The notes under the pieces were generated by a model. It did not search any database and was not told the origin of the DNA. It saw only the letters and a list, made by a program, of their open reading frames with translations. A stretch of DNA of 64,000 nucleotides from Schmidtea polychroa (lineage: Eukaryota): NCBI GenBank assembly GCA_044892525.1, contig CM097885.1:32490001-32554000 (forward strand), written 5' to 3'. Position 1 is the first letter of the stretch. Each line of letters opens with the position of its first letter. Shown here one piece after another: positions 46,730 through 60,355 of the stretch. The translations under genes and the position numbers were made by a program.

Positions 46730-47480
46730 GACCAGATTAACTTCTCACGATCCATATTGAATCATCAATTTCATCTTCCAATGCGCCCATTTTGACTCAA
46801 TATTTTGCATGTGGATGCTGAGGTCGTTAGGAAAAAGAAAATTTAAAGAATATATAGCTACATGATGCACGTAATTGCCATATGTCTGTATTGAACAATA
46901 TATATGCGTCCCAACCATCGCTGATAATCCTCGTTCCTGTTAGTATTTGGCTCTTGATGATTTCCAATAATGTCTCCGCATTCCTATTTGAAACAACTTC
47001 CAAATGGTATTTCTTAGAACCTAATTCATATGCCCAAAACACCCATTTATGTAAGCCTAAGTGCCCTTAATTATATTTTCACTTAAAAAAGCAAAATTCA
47101 TCAATTTCCACTTCCGAAGAATTGGTGGATTCATCAAGACCTTGTGTATCGTTGAAGTTTGACAACCAAAATGCACACAATTTTCAAAGATCTTTGCATT
47201 TTTCGAATAGTGTTTTTATTTACTCTTAAGTCGGTAAAATGTTCGTCCAGTTACAATTGTTTTTGACCAGAGGAATATTTTAAATATTTGTTGTCGAAGC
47301 GATAGTTTTCTATCATCAAAAATTGAGTAACTACAAACTGAAATTGTTTCCCTGCAGGGTCATGCACATGACCAAACGAAACCATCAATTTTAGTTTCTA
47401 CTTCTTAAGAATTTCCTCGAATTATTGAAAACAAAACACTGCATTGTATCCTGGATGAGTTTATAACTGGCACAACATTT
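46730..47480 (-). pseudogene. Merlin (IS1595/IS1016-like) transposase remnant
   Basis: EVEIDE (~47098-47115) and V.NRNAETLLEIIK..I..GT.IISDGW.AY motifs, disrupted by stops and frameshifts. Confidence 0.8.
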
Positions 47481-49441
47481 GCTGCCGCCAAATACATAAT
47501 AAAGTTTTGAACTGTTGAACTTGTTAGCACGAACTGCAGTTTGAGAAAATAGAAATGCTGATATTACTCGTTTATTTGTTTGTTTAGATATCGGTTCAGA
47601 CATCAATATACATTTAATTAATAATTTCAATTTTTAAAACATCTTGCTTATTTAAAAACATCTTATAGTCGGATTATACTCAAAACATATTCACATAAAA
47701 ACTTGCTTTCTAGTGTAGATAAAATACTACTTGAAAAAAATGTAGCATCTAAAAGTTTAATGAAATTTTAAAAAAACAAAAAGACATCAAAGGTGAACAA
47801 AATAATAAATAATTTTACTGATTGACTGATTTTGTTATATTTTTTATGTGTGAATGAATTCATCTGTTGAATTTTTTGTATAAACGCAAATTAATTGTTT
47901 TGTCGAAATTATGCATGAAAATTTATAATTATATTAGAATTAACCATGACATAGGATCTTTTTATAATTTATGTTGAAAATTACTTTTATCAAAATCTGT
48001 TATTATTTCTTGTTCTATTAATATTAATTTCAAAATTCAATTAAATTTTTACGTTCTATGTTTTTTGTTTGAATTATCAAAATACCATTAATAATAATTA
48101 AATAAGCAGAGTAATCAATTTTAATTAGAATAGAAAGAAACTTTAAAATAAATTTTTTATTTGATTTAGTTAATTTTGATAATTTTGATTTATATCGTTG
48201 ATATTATTTTTATAGTATTATAGTTTTTTTTGAAGATTTTTTCTATAATTGTCATAAACAATTTTATGCTATTAGTTTTTTTTTAATTTTAATAAAAGTG
48301 GTTTATTGCAATCAAATAAAAAAACAGTTATTTTTTGTTTTATAAAAAAGTGATAACAAATTTTCTTAGCTTTATTTGAAAACATTTTGTGGTAGCTTTT
48401 TTGATTGGGATAACTTAATGTCCAAAAGATACATTTAATGGTGGTTACAATGTGATAATTTGTGGTCTGATGACAACTGAATGGTTTTCAGGGATTTTTT
48501 GTTGGATTCTATACTTTATTTGAAGGAATTACGCCTAAACTAATTAAATATTCTAAAAAATCGAATTCCGAATTACAATAAAAGTTATTAAAAGTAGTCT
48601 TTTAAAGTTCCCTGATAACAATTGAGATACAATATTAAAACCTTACAACTCGATATCTTACAGAGTTGAAAAACCTTTCAAAATTAGGGATGATTTTATA
48701 GAATATTTTGTAAAATTAGTTACATTAACTCTTACTAGTTTAAAGATTTTTATGTAACACCCAAAAAGTAATCACAAAACTGTTATATCACCTCTAAGGT
48801 AGTAAGAAGGTAAAGTATCATAGTTATTTATAATATATCATAGTTATAATTTTAATAATAAAATTCAACCTTTATAACTGACAGAATTTTCTGTGTGAGT
48901 TCTGTCGCTTCACTTTTTCTGAATAATTTAGACATTTTAAGAATTCAATTTTGAAAACACTTTGGAATGAGAATATTTTCAAAATAAATAATCAAAGAAA
49001 GAAGGCAGCGTTTTAATAATCGAAATCGCCAACTAAGTATATTAAAATATAACATTGCTATATATTTCTAGTCGCCCGCCTATCTAATAGCAGCCTATCA
49101 GCTACTAAGCGCACGTGCGACAGAGACGACGCGCTACAAAGCCGAAACTAGCTGATTATCGACGACAGTCTCTTTCTAAAAGCCGACACGCATACTTATC
49201 GTCGGGTATAACAATTCCGTGGGCAGTGGGTGTAACAATAGTTGACTTTTATGTTATAAGAGCTCGCGGGCGACCGTAGCGCAGTTTTACAAGTGACACT
49301 CCGCTATAATTCGCTACATTTGGTTCGGCATCAATAGTAACAGTAGGCGTCATTTCATGTAAGATTCAGCTTTAATTATCATGATATTTTATTTTATTGA
49401 TAAAAAAATCGATTTATTTTAGTTCCATTATTTGACCCACA

Positions 49442-52253
49442 ATGAGTCATCCGACCACAAATTCAAAAAAGCCGAAAATAAATCATTATAATGAAAAATG
49501 GGAACAGGAATTTTGTTTTACGGTGAAAAATGATAAATGTATTTGCATTATTTATCTTTCAATCGTAGCACTTCCTAAAAGGTCCAATGTTGAAAGACAT
49601 TTTAGAACAGTCCATAAACAATTTGAAAATAATTATCCACCAGGGACTGAGTTACGGAAAGCAAAAGTGCAACAATTAATGATACAACAATCTAACCAAC
49701 AGTCATTTCTTTTGAGATCAAGTACGAAGTCGAAGACACCCACCATGGCTTCATTCAAGGTAGCTAAAATTTTATTAAAACATAAGAAGCCCTTTGAAGA
49801 CGGCGAAATATGGAAGGAGAGTTATATTAAAGCTGGAGAATTTTTATTTCAAAATTTTAAAAATAAATCTGAAATAATCGCTTCCATTAAAGAAATTTCA
49901 CTGTCGCGAAACACCGTTATGCGCAGAACAGAAACGATGAGTAAAAATTTAGAAGAGATTCTGAAAGAAAATATTAATGAATGCAGGTTTCTATCCTTAC
50001 AATTCGACGAATCAACGGATGTCATTGGTACTGCACAGCTATGTGTATTTATTCGTATGTGTTTCCATGATATGTCTGTTAGAGAAGAATTGTTAACAAT
50101 TTTACCGATGAAGGGGCAAACGAGAGGTCAAGATATATGTAATTCGTTTAAATTTTTCATCAATAAAACAGAATTTTCAATACATAAACTGGTGTCGATT
50201 ACGACTGATGGAGCTCTTGCTATGGTTGCGTATCACAATGGGTGATTCAGCTCAAATGAACGCATAAGAATTTTATTATTTGATTGAGAGGACAGTGGAT
50301 CAATTGTTAATAATGTCATTTCCATTTTACCGTCACGTCCAATTTCAGATGTTAATCGAGCTGCTTCCATTTGTGCACGATAAACTTGCGATCGACAATC
50401 AGGGATCACGTCCATTCTAACGTCAGATTTTAAAGCAGCCATAATCATACGACTATTGATTTTCATTGTTTCTGGTATCCATGAAATAAACGCCAAAGCA
50501 CCCTGATGTTTTAATTCGGACAACTGAGAAAATCGGTTGGATAATTCTTCAATTAAATAATTTCTGATTTCCGTTTTGCAAACAAATCGATTTGAAAGAT
50601 CCGACATAGCCTGATTCAATATTATTTCCTCACGAATACATAATACAATATCGTTGCTTTTATTGACGAACTTATCTGTGAATTTAGAAGACTCGATCCC
50701 ATGCATAATCATGAAAAATGATGGCAACAACTGTGAAAGTTCCGTGACAATCGATACGATTAATTTACCGGGAATTTTTCCTTTCGCATATCTATCGATT
50801 TCATTAAGCCAATTTTTGACATTGTTGAACGAATCTTGATTGGTAACATCAACTGAAGGATCACATTTAACACCAGAAGCCATTTTAACAAAGGAACTTT
50901 ATCACTCCAAATTTCGATTCAAAAAGTCCGGTAAAACAACTCAAAATTCCAATTTCGAAAATTTTCCAAATTTTATTCAACTAAACAAATCAAAATCAAA
51001 ATTCCAGAATTTCTAAAAAACCGTTTACAATCAAATAAAAATCAAATCACAATTAAACCACCTACCCACAAACATCAATCCATTGCTCGCGTCTGTGTGC
51101 GCACACCAACAAGAACCGGTCTAACCAGACCGCGCACACAGACGCGATAGAAAAAGCCAACTGACTGCCAGTCCAGAGGCAATCCTCCTCTGACTGGTCG
51201 AAACAATGGGTTCATAACTCTTTTTATGAATGATGAGGATATTCAAAGTTTTACCAACTAACATTGCATTATCCATCAGCAGGCTTTGTGCTCAAAGATA
51301 TTAAATTCAGACGATGTGATGAATGTCACATTCAAAATAGTTAATTCTATTCGTGGAAGCAGTTTGCAAAGACGGAGATTTAGAGCATTACTAGAGGAAT
51401 GTGAATCCGATCTCGGGGAATTACTATTACACGGAGATGTAAGGTGGTTAAGCCATGCTAAGTTTTTAAAAAGATTCTTGGATCTTTTACCTGAAATAAA
51501 AAAGTTTATGGCTACTCTTAATAAAACATATCCTCAATTCGAAGATGATAAGTAGGTGCGTGATCTTGCTTTTCTCTCTGACATTACAGGAATGCTAAAT
51601 GAATTAAATTGCAACTTCAGGGAAAAAACAAAACATTGACTGACATGGTTAGCGACGTGAATGCATTCAAGGGAAAACTTTCTCTCCTAGAAGCACAATT
51701 GAGGCGAGGCGAATTTAAACAATTTGAAAATATGACAGCTAAATCTACAGATGGAAGCTCACAGGAATATGATCAATGTGCTAATAAGATGTCTCTGTTA
51801 CGAAAGGAGTTTGATAGAAGATTTAAAGATATTTCAAAAATAGAAGATATAATATCATTCATGTCATTCCCATTCAATGATGAAATTCAAATAACAGAAA
51901 TATCAATAAAATTAAAAGAATTTCTAGTTGTGGACCAAAGACTAGTTGAAAATGAAATCCTTAACTTAAAAAGCGACATATTTTTGAAATCAAGAACTTG
52001 TTCTCAAAAATTTTATTGGAATTTACTCTGTGAACAACAATATCTATGTTTGTGGAGATGTGCGCCATATTTAACAACTTTTTTCGGTTCTACTTGCCTC
52101 TTCGAAACAACATTTTCTTCCATGAATGCAATCAAAACAAAACATCGCTCCCGTTTGACAGATGATCATTTGGCAGCATATGAACCACAATATGATATAC
52201 TTGCCGAAAATATGCAATGTCAAGTTTCCAGCGCGTCCTCTGATACGACCTAA
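49442..52253 (+). pseudogene. hAT transposase pseudogene (GTF2IRD2/ZBED-like)
   Basis: BED-like W..F...C.I....RH...H, LSRNTV.RR, LQFDES.D, TDG..AM, HCIIHQQAL, VRWLS, LQGK and FGST.L.E..FS motifs; 968-bp insertion after TDGALAM, an internal stop and frameshifts. Confidence 0.9.
50233..50883 (-). CDS. 216-aa chimeric ORF with a 22-aa Rab1-like segment, carried on an insert within the hAT transposase
   Basis: Uninterrupted ORF with a TAAAATG start. Residues 12-33 (DVTNQDSFNNVKNWLNEIDRYA) resemble Rab1 [22 protein letters not shown]; the remainder is unrecognised. Confidence 0.55.
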   Translation of the reverse strand: MASGVKCDPSVDVTNQDSFNNVKNWLNEIDRYAKGKIPGKLIVSIVTELSQLLPSFFMIMHGIESSKFTDKFVNKSNDIVLCIREEIILNQAMSDLSNRFVCKTEIRNYLIEELSNRFSQLSELKHQGALAFISWIPETMKINSRMIMAALKSDVRMDVIPDCRSQVYRAQMEAARLTSEIGRDGKMEMTLLTIDPLSSQSNNKILMRSFELNHPL

Positions 52254-53251
52254 ATAATACAAGTTCATATTTACAAGTACATTGTTTGCATTAATAAAAA
52301 TTTAATAAAAGAACATATTGTTTTATTTATAAATTATTTTTATGTTTGTGTAGTAATCATTAATTTCAGTTATTAAAATAACTTGATATTGAATAGGTAT
52401 TGATATTATCTATGTTTATATGAAATTTAAACTTATTTCTTGCTATAAATTACTACTTTTCGATGTTAGTCGACCACCGGCAATAATTTTAGAAGCAAGT
52501 CACCCGTGGTCATCAAAGGTTTGGCCACCCCTGGTATAAACCAACAGACTGTGGCGGTCGATTATTTCATTAAACATGAGACATTCCTTATAGGAATCAC
52601 CATTATAAAAGATTTTAAAATTTAAAATTATTTTTCAAATAGGTTTTGTTGTTATTTCAATATTTATTTAATTAATTAATTTCTTCTTATTCACTTTCTT
52701 AAAAACATTTTTCATTGTTTAATATTAATTGTCATTAATTTTAACCATATTTACAAATTTTTCGGAGAATATATTGATTGATTAGCTCAAAAGTATTTTC
52801 TGTAAAAAATATGATGATTGAAATAATTGTTAAATCTTTTCCAAATTTGACAAGAATTCAAAATAATTTTATTAATAAAAAAACCTCATTGGAAAATCAA
52901 CATAACAAATTATAAAATCAAGCATTCATCAAATGAAATTATCGAAAGTTAGAGAAAGTTCTACTAAAAGTTAATAATTTCTCGTAGAACATAGAGGAGA
53001 AGCAAATGAACAAATAATTAAACTAAAAAATCCCGCTGAATATTAATTAATTTTTTATTAGTTAATTTCATTAATTTCATTCCCAATAACGAATTCAACA
53101 AGTTGCCTATGTCAATTGGTTATTTTAACTGAAATTGTTTTAAATATTACATTAAACTATTTTTTAACAATTTCAATAGATAAGCAATCATATTTTAATT
53201 AATACTTCTAATTTAATTAAAATCTAATAATAATAGTTTTAATAAAAAAAT

Positions 53252-53378
<127 letters not shown>

Positions 53379-53999
53379 GGAGCTGAAATAAATGTGTTAT
53401 GTGAGAATATTGTTGAAAGGTTGAGAATGGTACCGAAAAAAGGAAAATTTAGCATGAAAATCATCAGTGCAAACGAAAGTAACCTTCTAATTGGTGGGAC
53501 AATGTTATTAAATGTACGACTAGCAGTATTGTAGCAACATTAAATGATCCTAGTGTCATTGACAGATTAGAAATGATGAAGTGTTTTAATATTGAATTAA
53601 GTTAAGCTAATATTGACAGAAGAATGTGAAAAAAATATCAAAACTTTAAAAAATATGTCAAGGTCTTGCCCCTCCCTGTGAAACGACTTCGGCACGCCAC
53701 TGGAAGCGGTTTTTCTGTTGAATTTTCCAAAGTTTTCTGAATTTCCTCCTCCAGTGACTTATACCCCGGAAAATACGGTCATATTAACTTTGATACTGGG
53801 ATTCCCGGCTTTACTGAAGCATTTTGTGTTAGATCCGAATTCTAGTTTCGACCGGATTGACGGAGGTAAATGGTGCAGATAAATGATGAAGTACAGGGAC
53901 AAGTAATTACATATGAATCGAAGACAATGAACAAACATGAAATTGGGTATTGCATTACCAGAAAAGAATTGCTGATAATTTATCACTCCACTTAGTACT

Positions 54000-54830
54000 T
54001 TAAATATTATTTAAGTGGGGAAAGATTCAAGTTTAGGACTGATCCTAAAGCGATAACGTTTATGGTTAAAACAAATAAATACATTACTGCTCAATTCCAG
54101 ACATGGATAAATTAATAAAATGGATTGGATATAAAGTTGAAATACCGAAAAGGGGAGTTACATGTAAGTGCAAATGCATTATCTAGAAATAATTTACCCT
54201 GTGCAGTGAGACAATTTGCGAAGATGAAAAATTAGAAAAGAATAAAACGAGGATTGTTAGCAATAGACAATTCAAAGGAAAATGAAGAGAAAGAAGTAAG
54301 TGAAAGTAAAGAATTATTAATCAATGAACTGCATAAAAATTTGTGCCATGTCAGTATAAGAAAGACATGAATATGCAAAAAAATATTTTAATCTAAACAT
54401 TGACGAGAAGAGGTCAAAAATATTGTAAAAAAGCTACATGGATTGCCAAGGGTTGTAAGGCAAATGGTTGAAAGGCAAAGTACCGATGGAGGTTTTAAAA
54501 ACATAGTTAGTTTTTTGTGGGCCATTTAATAAAACAATACACAGCAAACAATATATTTTGACAATTATTGATATTTTGCTGTAAAGGTAGAATATTTGAA
54601 GCTCAGTTACTTCTGAAATTATTGGATTAATATCCTATTAAAATAAGATAAGTATCATCATAGCGCAAATTGTTTAGTAAAGAAAAAATTTAAACCACCA
54701 TAGATTACGTTACAAAAACAACATAAAGATTGCTCAGAAATATTACGAGATGTTTAATTCGTTTTAAATACGGTATTTTCTCAAGCAGAAATAGTATTTG
54801 GCCTGACGATTTACCAACAATGAACTGAAA
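54000..54830 (+). mobile_element. Ty3/Gypsy pol (RNase H-integrase) remnant
   Basis: F..RTDPKAI, KYRKG..HV.A.ALSR and H...CH integrase zinc-finger-like peptides with many stops. Confidence 0.7.
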
Positions 54831-55111
54831 TGGAGAACTTAAATTTAGAAATCATCAATATGGACCAAAAGGAGGAAAGGAAATACGAGAATAAATTATA
54901 AATAAAAAAGGAAGCTAATAAAATATCAACAACTTCTAAACATAGTTAATTTTGTGTTTTTCTTTCTTTTTTTTAATACGAACGGACAATATTTATCGGT
55001 AAATGCTTCACCACTTTCAAAGTCATGACCAATAAATTGATGATAATTTGATTTTCCAGTAAAATTATTGATGAAAAGTAAACCAGCAAAATCTATATAG
55101 ATATATTGTAT

Positions 55112-55268
55112 TTATTAAAAAGAGAGCTTGAAGACTATAAATCAGTAATATATTGATGTTTGTTGATACTCAGGAATTTTCGGCACTGCCTTTTTCAAGT
55201 GAATTCGTGAGTATCAACAAACATCGATATATTACTGATTTATAGTCTTCAAACTCTCTTTTTAATAA
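55112..55268. repeat. Palindromic MITE-like hairpin, copy 2
   Basis: TTATTAAAAAGAGAGCTTGAAGACTATAAATCAG...CTGATTTATAGTCTTCAAACTCTCTTTTTAATAA; homologous to 46270-46414. Confidence 0.88.
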
Positions 55269-56322
55269 GTTCAATGACAAAAATAATCAGAGGTGAAATT
55301 GGAAGAAAAAAAAGTTCTTATAATATTATATTGTGATTTTATCATTTTTGTCTAATCATTGAATTCTTAAAAATCATAAATTATTTTCATTATCTAATAG
55401 GAAAAATTTAATATTGAAGGGAAATTCATCACAGCTCTAATTATTTGTTTAGAAAATGGTGTAGAGTAAAACAAAAATTGTAAAATTATAAAACTGGCAA
55501 AACCTGAATATATTCGTATTAATTACAAAAACGATTCAGAATTACTAATTACCATATTGGAATTTCTTCTCCCTATGAATCCTCGGTGGCATCATTTCTA
55601 CAAATAAACAGTTTACAATTAATTTTCTGTGAATTACTCAAAGAAATTAGCATATTTTCAACATTTATTTGTTTAGAATTTTTAACTCAAAATCATTTTT
55701 TTTGTCTTTGTGATTTGTGATTAAATTAATAAATAAAATGAATCTACTTTCTAAAATTTAGTAGCAATAAAATTTCATTTAAAATTAAATTTTTTTTGAT
55801 CGCCTTTAAAATTCAAAATTAAATAATATGGTTTCCCGAATAATTTTACTGGGGAACACAGTGAAATATTGAACCCCTGGGATACCAAGAGTTTCAAGGT
55901 AATCTTTGATTATAGAACCCTTTCTTACATTAGTATATATTGAAAAATTAAATATATAAAATAAAATAATTATTTTTTATATTATATTATAATAAATATA
56001 TATTAATTTAGAAAAATATCTTAGATCAAGTTAATCAAATTTTTGATAAGATTGACTTTATCTCTGCAAATTTATACCAACTTACTTATTAAAAATTTAA
56101 AAACAGCCTTTCTGAAAATAAATTTAAATGATGATTTTTATAAGGAAAACTACCATTTTACTAAATTCGCTACATAGCAGGGACTTTATTAAATTTGGTA
56201 TCGTATTAAAACTCTTGCTAAGAAATCCTTTCATTTGAAACAACAGAAATTTACAACAGTTATGAGAATTTACCAGTTTATTGAGGATTTATATTTAAAT
56301 GAACAATTTGAAATATTTTAAG

Positions 56323-56376
<54 letters not shown>

Positions 56377-58709
56377 TTTTTTTTTTATTACTAGTTTTAA
56401 CATTGATAAATTGGTTTCATTATCTATTACCTCGATGAATGTCAAAATCTCATTTTATTCAGCAACAATTTTTTAATTTTGAAACTGTTGACAACAATTT
56501 CGAAAATTTTTAAACAAAAATCAATGGAATAAATTGCTGAAATTTTAACTAGTTTTACCAAGTACGAAAGCTTTTAAGAAAGTTAATTAAATATTAATTT
56601 AATTGAGTGAGCCATATCTGCTCTGCATCTCAATCTGATTATAGACCATTATTTCATTCGAAGTGATCTTTTTTTATTTGGATAGAAATAAAAAATTGTA
56701 AAAATTTGGAATTAAGTTTTTTTGATAAACTCAATGTATTTGAATTTGAATTGTTTTTTTAATATATTTTTTCAGCGTTCTTGAAATAAATAAAAATTTA
56801 CAAATTCCCTATACTGAATAATTTGATTTTTCAATTTATAATTATCTATAATTATCTATATATAATTTATAATTATCTAATATTTCATTTAGAGATGCAT
56901 GTCAAAAATTTTAAACGTCCATAAATGTCATAATTATATTTTTGAAATTTCAATTAATAATAAAACTATAATGTTTTCTGGGAAAATAAGCAATGTCAAC
57001 GACTTAGGTTTCTTCAATTCACTAAACATAGGATGTCACAAAATTGTTGGGTTGAATCAGGTGATTCGAAATTGTAAAAAATAAAATAAATTAAATAAAA
57101 ATAAACTGATTAAAGAACTGTTAAAAACCCAAGTGATCAATACTACGCTAAAAACATATAAAAAGTACTAAGATATTATAAATAAATAAATCATGAAAAA
57201 AACAAATAAAAACGAAACAAAAAGAATAAATAAGAAATAAAACAAAATTAATAAAATTAATGAAAAACAAAAGAACGCCGAAAAAAGACACAAACTAGCA
57301 GAAAATATCATCTTTCTCAAGGGGTAAGATTGATATAAAAGGCGATCGTTCAACCAATAAGAAAAATAGAAAAAAAGAGAAAAATTAAATTGAAAATTAA
57401 ATAATTTAAACAAAAAATGAATTTGGCCAATCAATTTTAAAACAAAATTTAAGAAAATTAATTGATCAAAAGTGAAGGCGTGATCAATTCTGATTGGTTT
57501 AACCGATGTCTTGACAGATCACTTCCATTTTTTTCAACTTGATAAAAATCATATTTACAAATTTTCAAAACTACTTTTTGTTAAAATCGAAAAAACCACA
57601 GTTTTTTTTCAACTGCTTAATTCCCAAATTTTTATCAATCTAAACGATAATAAATCAGAAAACTCTTTGGAACTAATGGAGCATTTCACTTTAAAATTAT
57701 CCGAATTTAGGTTTATTTTCATTTTTAATTTTGACATGGGAAACTTGTAATTACAATTAAAAATTTGTAACAGAATTGTATTTCGTTTTTCATCTTAATT
57801 TTAATTTTAATTTCTAATTTTTATGGTTATATTTTTATGTGCAGGTCCCCCAAATCTATTTTTATATTATAGATATATGTGGCAATACTACACTTCACAT
57901 CGTCAGACGGTCGAAACTCAGGGAAGTTTTCTCTTGGTAGTGTGAAGTGTGGTAAGATTACCCGAAAAATGGCTGTATCGGAATACCCTGAGAAAGAAAC
58001 GCGATACAGTAATCTCTTATGCATACAATAATCTTAAAAAGAAGCGCCTGATAAGGTCAATGGAGGATGCATCAAAAGCTGCAGAATGAGTTAACAAGTA
58101 TGAATCTTCATAGTAACTAAAATGTTCCTCAGTCGTGAAGAAAGAACAAGCCCGTATCTGTAAAAAGAACTCATTAAAATGCCAATGGCAAGTTGATCCA
58201 GACAATTAATAATAAAAATTCTAGAAATATGGTTAGCCTATTAGATGTTACCAGTAGCTCCACAGACAGCACATTTTGTCTTTGAAGATAAATTAAAGGT
58301 CCTGATCCCTGATATAGCGGAACAACTAATTTAATCATTATCCATTTTTTCGCACTTAATCGGTCTTATCATCCTGACACTTTGAGTGTTCACATTATCA
58401 ATATTATCCTCATGTGACTAAAATCCTTGATGCCATTAGAAAGATCTGGTTTTCCTTAACCCACATTTTTATTTATAAAAGACTAGGACGAAAAGTGACA
58501 GAGTGAAACACGAAAGAAGACGAGAATACGAATAATTGATTAGTTTACAAACTTCCGTTTATTTTGACTTTGCAAGATTGCAAAATATTTCGATAAATTT
58601 AATCAAATATTTTCATGTGACTTGGTCGCTTAATGAAAACAAATAGGGCTACGATAACAATATGTTATCGATAGTATAAACCGAATGTTCATTGGATGGG
58701 GGGTATCGT

Positions 58710-58923
<214 letters not shown>

Positions 58924-60093
58924 ACCTGAGCCGAATTATACACTTGGTGATATCTCATTCGCCGTCGATATTGACGATGCGATATTCAATTTGGACGAGC
59001 TTCTGGTCGAAGCCGAAGCTTACTCTATCTGATTCATATCCTTGTCAGGTGCCATAAACTAGCAGTCTATATTTTCTGTTGTATATCATGTAAACTCATT
59101 ATAAAATTGTTCTCTTTTTTTTATATTTTTTATTCATTTTTGTTTTTAAATTAATTTGTTAATATAATTCTATGACGGGAAAGAATGATTTGCTAATCCG
59201 TGGGTAAACGGATGGGACGATGAAATAGTCATTGGCACATTTAGAAGTATTCAACCTCTATGTAGACAGTCAGCCTAACACCTCTGAAGTTTATCTCATC
59301 AAAACACCAAAAAAATCAAATAAAATAATCTTGTTGTTATATGAATGTTTGTATTCGATACTATTTGGTTAACTTAACTGGAAATCTTTGACTCTCTGCT
59401 TTCATCAAATTTACATGAAGTGGTAGAGACTATCAAAGCAAAAAAGATGTAGTCAAGATTCCACTCTTTAGATTACAAACTTCTATTTTAATATTTTATT
59501 TTTTAGTTTATTGTTACTAAATATTAGTAAAATAAATCGATTGGAATGAGGTAATAAGGTCTTTTCCCATTATGTAATATAATTCTAAAAATCTTAAATA
59601 AATAAACATTAATTTCCTTAAAACTTTGTGACAGCTGATATTTTATACAGAAATATTATTTAAATTAAACATTCTCAAATTTTAGCGTAATTGCACATTA
59701 AAATAATCAAACAAAAATGCATTCGATAAAACAAATTTTGAATTATTTATTCAGAATTTTTATATTCTTTTATATTGTCTATCTTGTTTTGCTTTTCTGT
59801 CTGACAGACAAAACTTAAACGCAAACCCAATAACAATTAAATTCAGCAGAAATTATTTTATTCCTATTGATAATTTATTACAAATAATAGCTTTTTATTG
59901 TTTGTTAATGTGATAGAGAGGTAGAGGAAAGTTTGGGAATGACCATAGTTTGATACAAATTTTTTAAAGTTGTTTTTACAATAAATTTTCTAAAATATAA
60001 TTGAACGAAGTCAAATAAATTAGCTGATCTGCACTAATAAGAATCGACAATAATATTAATTATTATTACTAAGCGCCACTCAAAAATTCTTTT

Positions 60094-60133
60094 TTCGAAA
60101 TATTTCGACAGTTTTCCTGTCATCATCAGGTAG
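60094..60133 (-). ncRNA. Minimal hammerhead ribozyme motif (Penelope-type), degenerate inverted copy
   Basis: The minus strand reads CCTGATGATGACAGGAAAACTGTCGAAATATTTCG. Confidence 0.65.
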
Positions 60134-60316
60134 GATAGAAAATAAATTACACAAATTTCTTAATTAGAAAAAGACATTTTTTAATTTAATTTAAATAATC
60201 AATTATATTGACCATTTATAATAAATATATTTACAAAATGGTAAAATATTTATTAAAATATTTTATATAATTAATAAATTTGTTTAAAATCCTTAATTTG
60301 TATAGTTATTATATCC

Positions 60317-60355
60317 CACCTGATGATGACAGGAAAACTGTCGAAACATATCGTG
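60317..60355 (+). ncRNA. Minimal type I hammerhead ribozyme (Penelope-type)
   Basis: CAC-CTGATGA-T-GACAG(GAAAA)CTGTC-GAAA-CATA-TC-GTG contains the conserved core, stem II, a minimal stem III and stem I CAC/GTG. Confidence 0.78.

Larger units (their letters stand above)
49070..52533 (+). mobile_element. hAT transposon (Buster/SPIN/GTF2IRD2-like), 5'-truncated and interrupted
   Basis: Right terminus GGTTTGGCCACCCCTG ends at 52533; transposase in three pieces; left TIR not found. Confidence 0.85.

Noticed and set aside
50233..50883. Calling the orphan ORF an Obelisk Oblin-1 or a deltavirus antigen
   Set aside because: There is no recognisable conserved motif (only a weak K..G...F pattern), and the rod-like pairing found by eye is within chance expectation for AT-rich sequence.
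50225..51197. Helitron origin for the 968-bp insert (hairpin plus CTGG end)
   Set aside because: There is no 5' TC start or A|T target that restores the transposase frame, and a 9-bp direct repeat is present instead.
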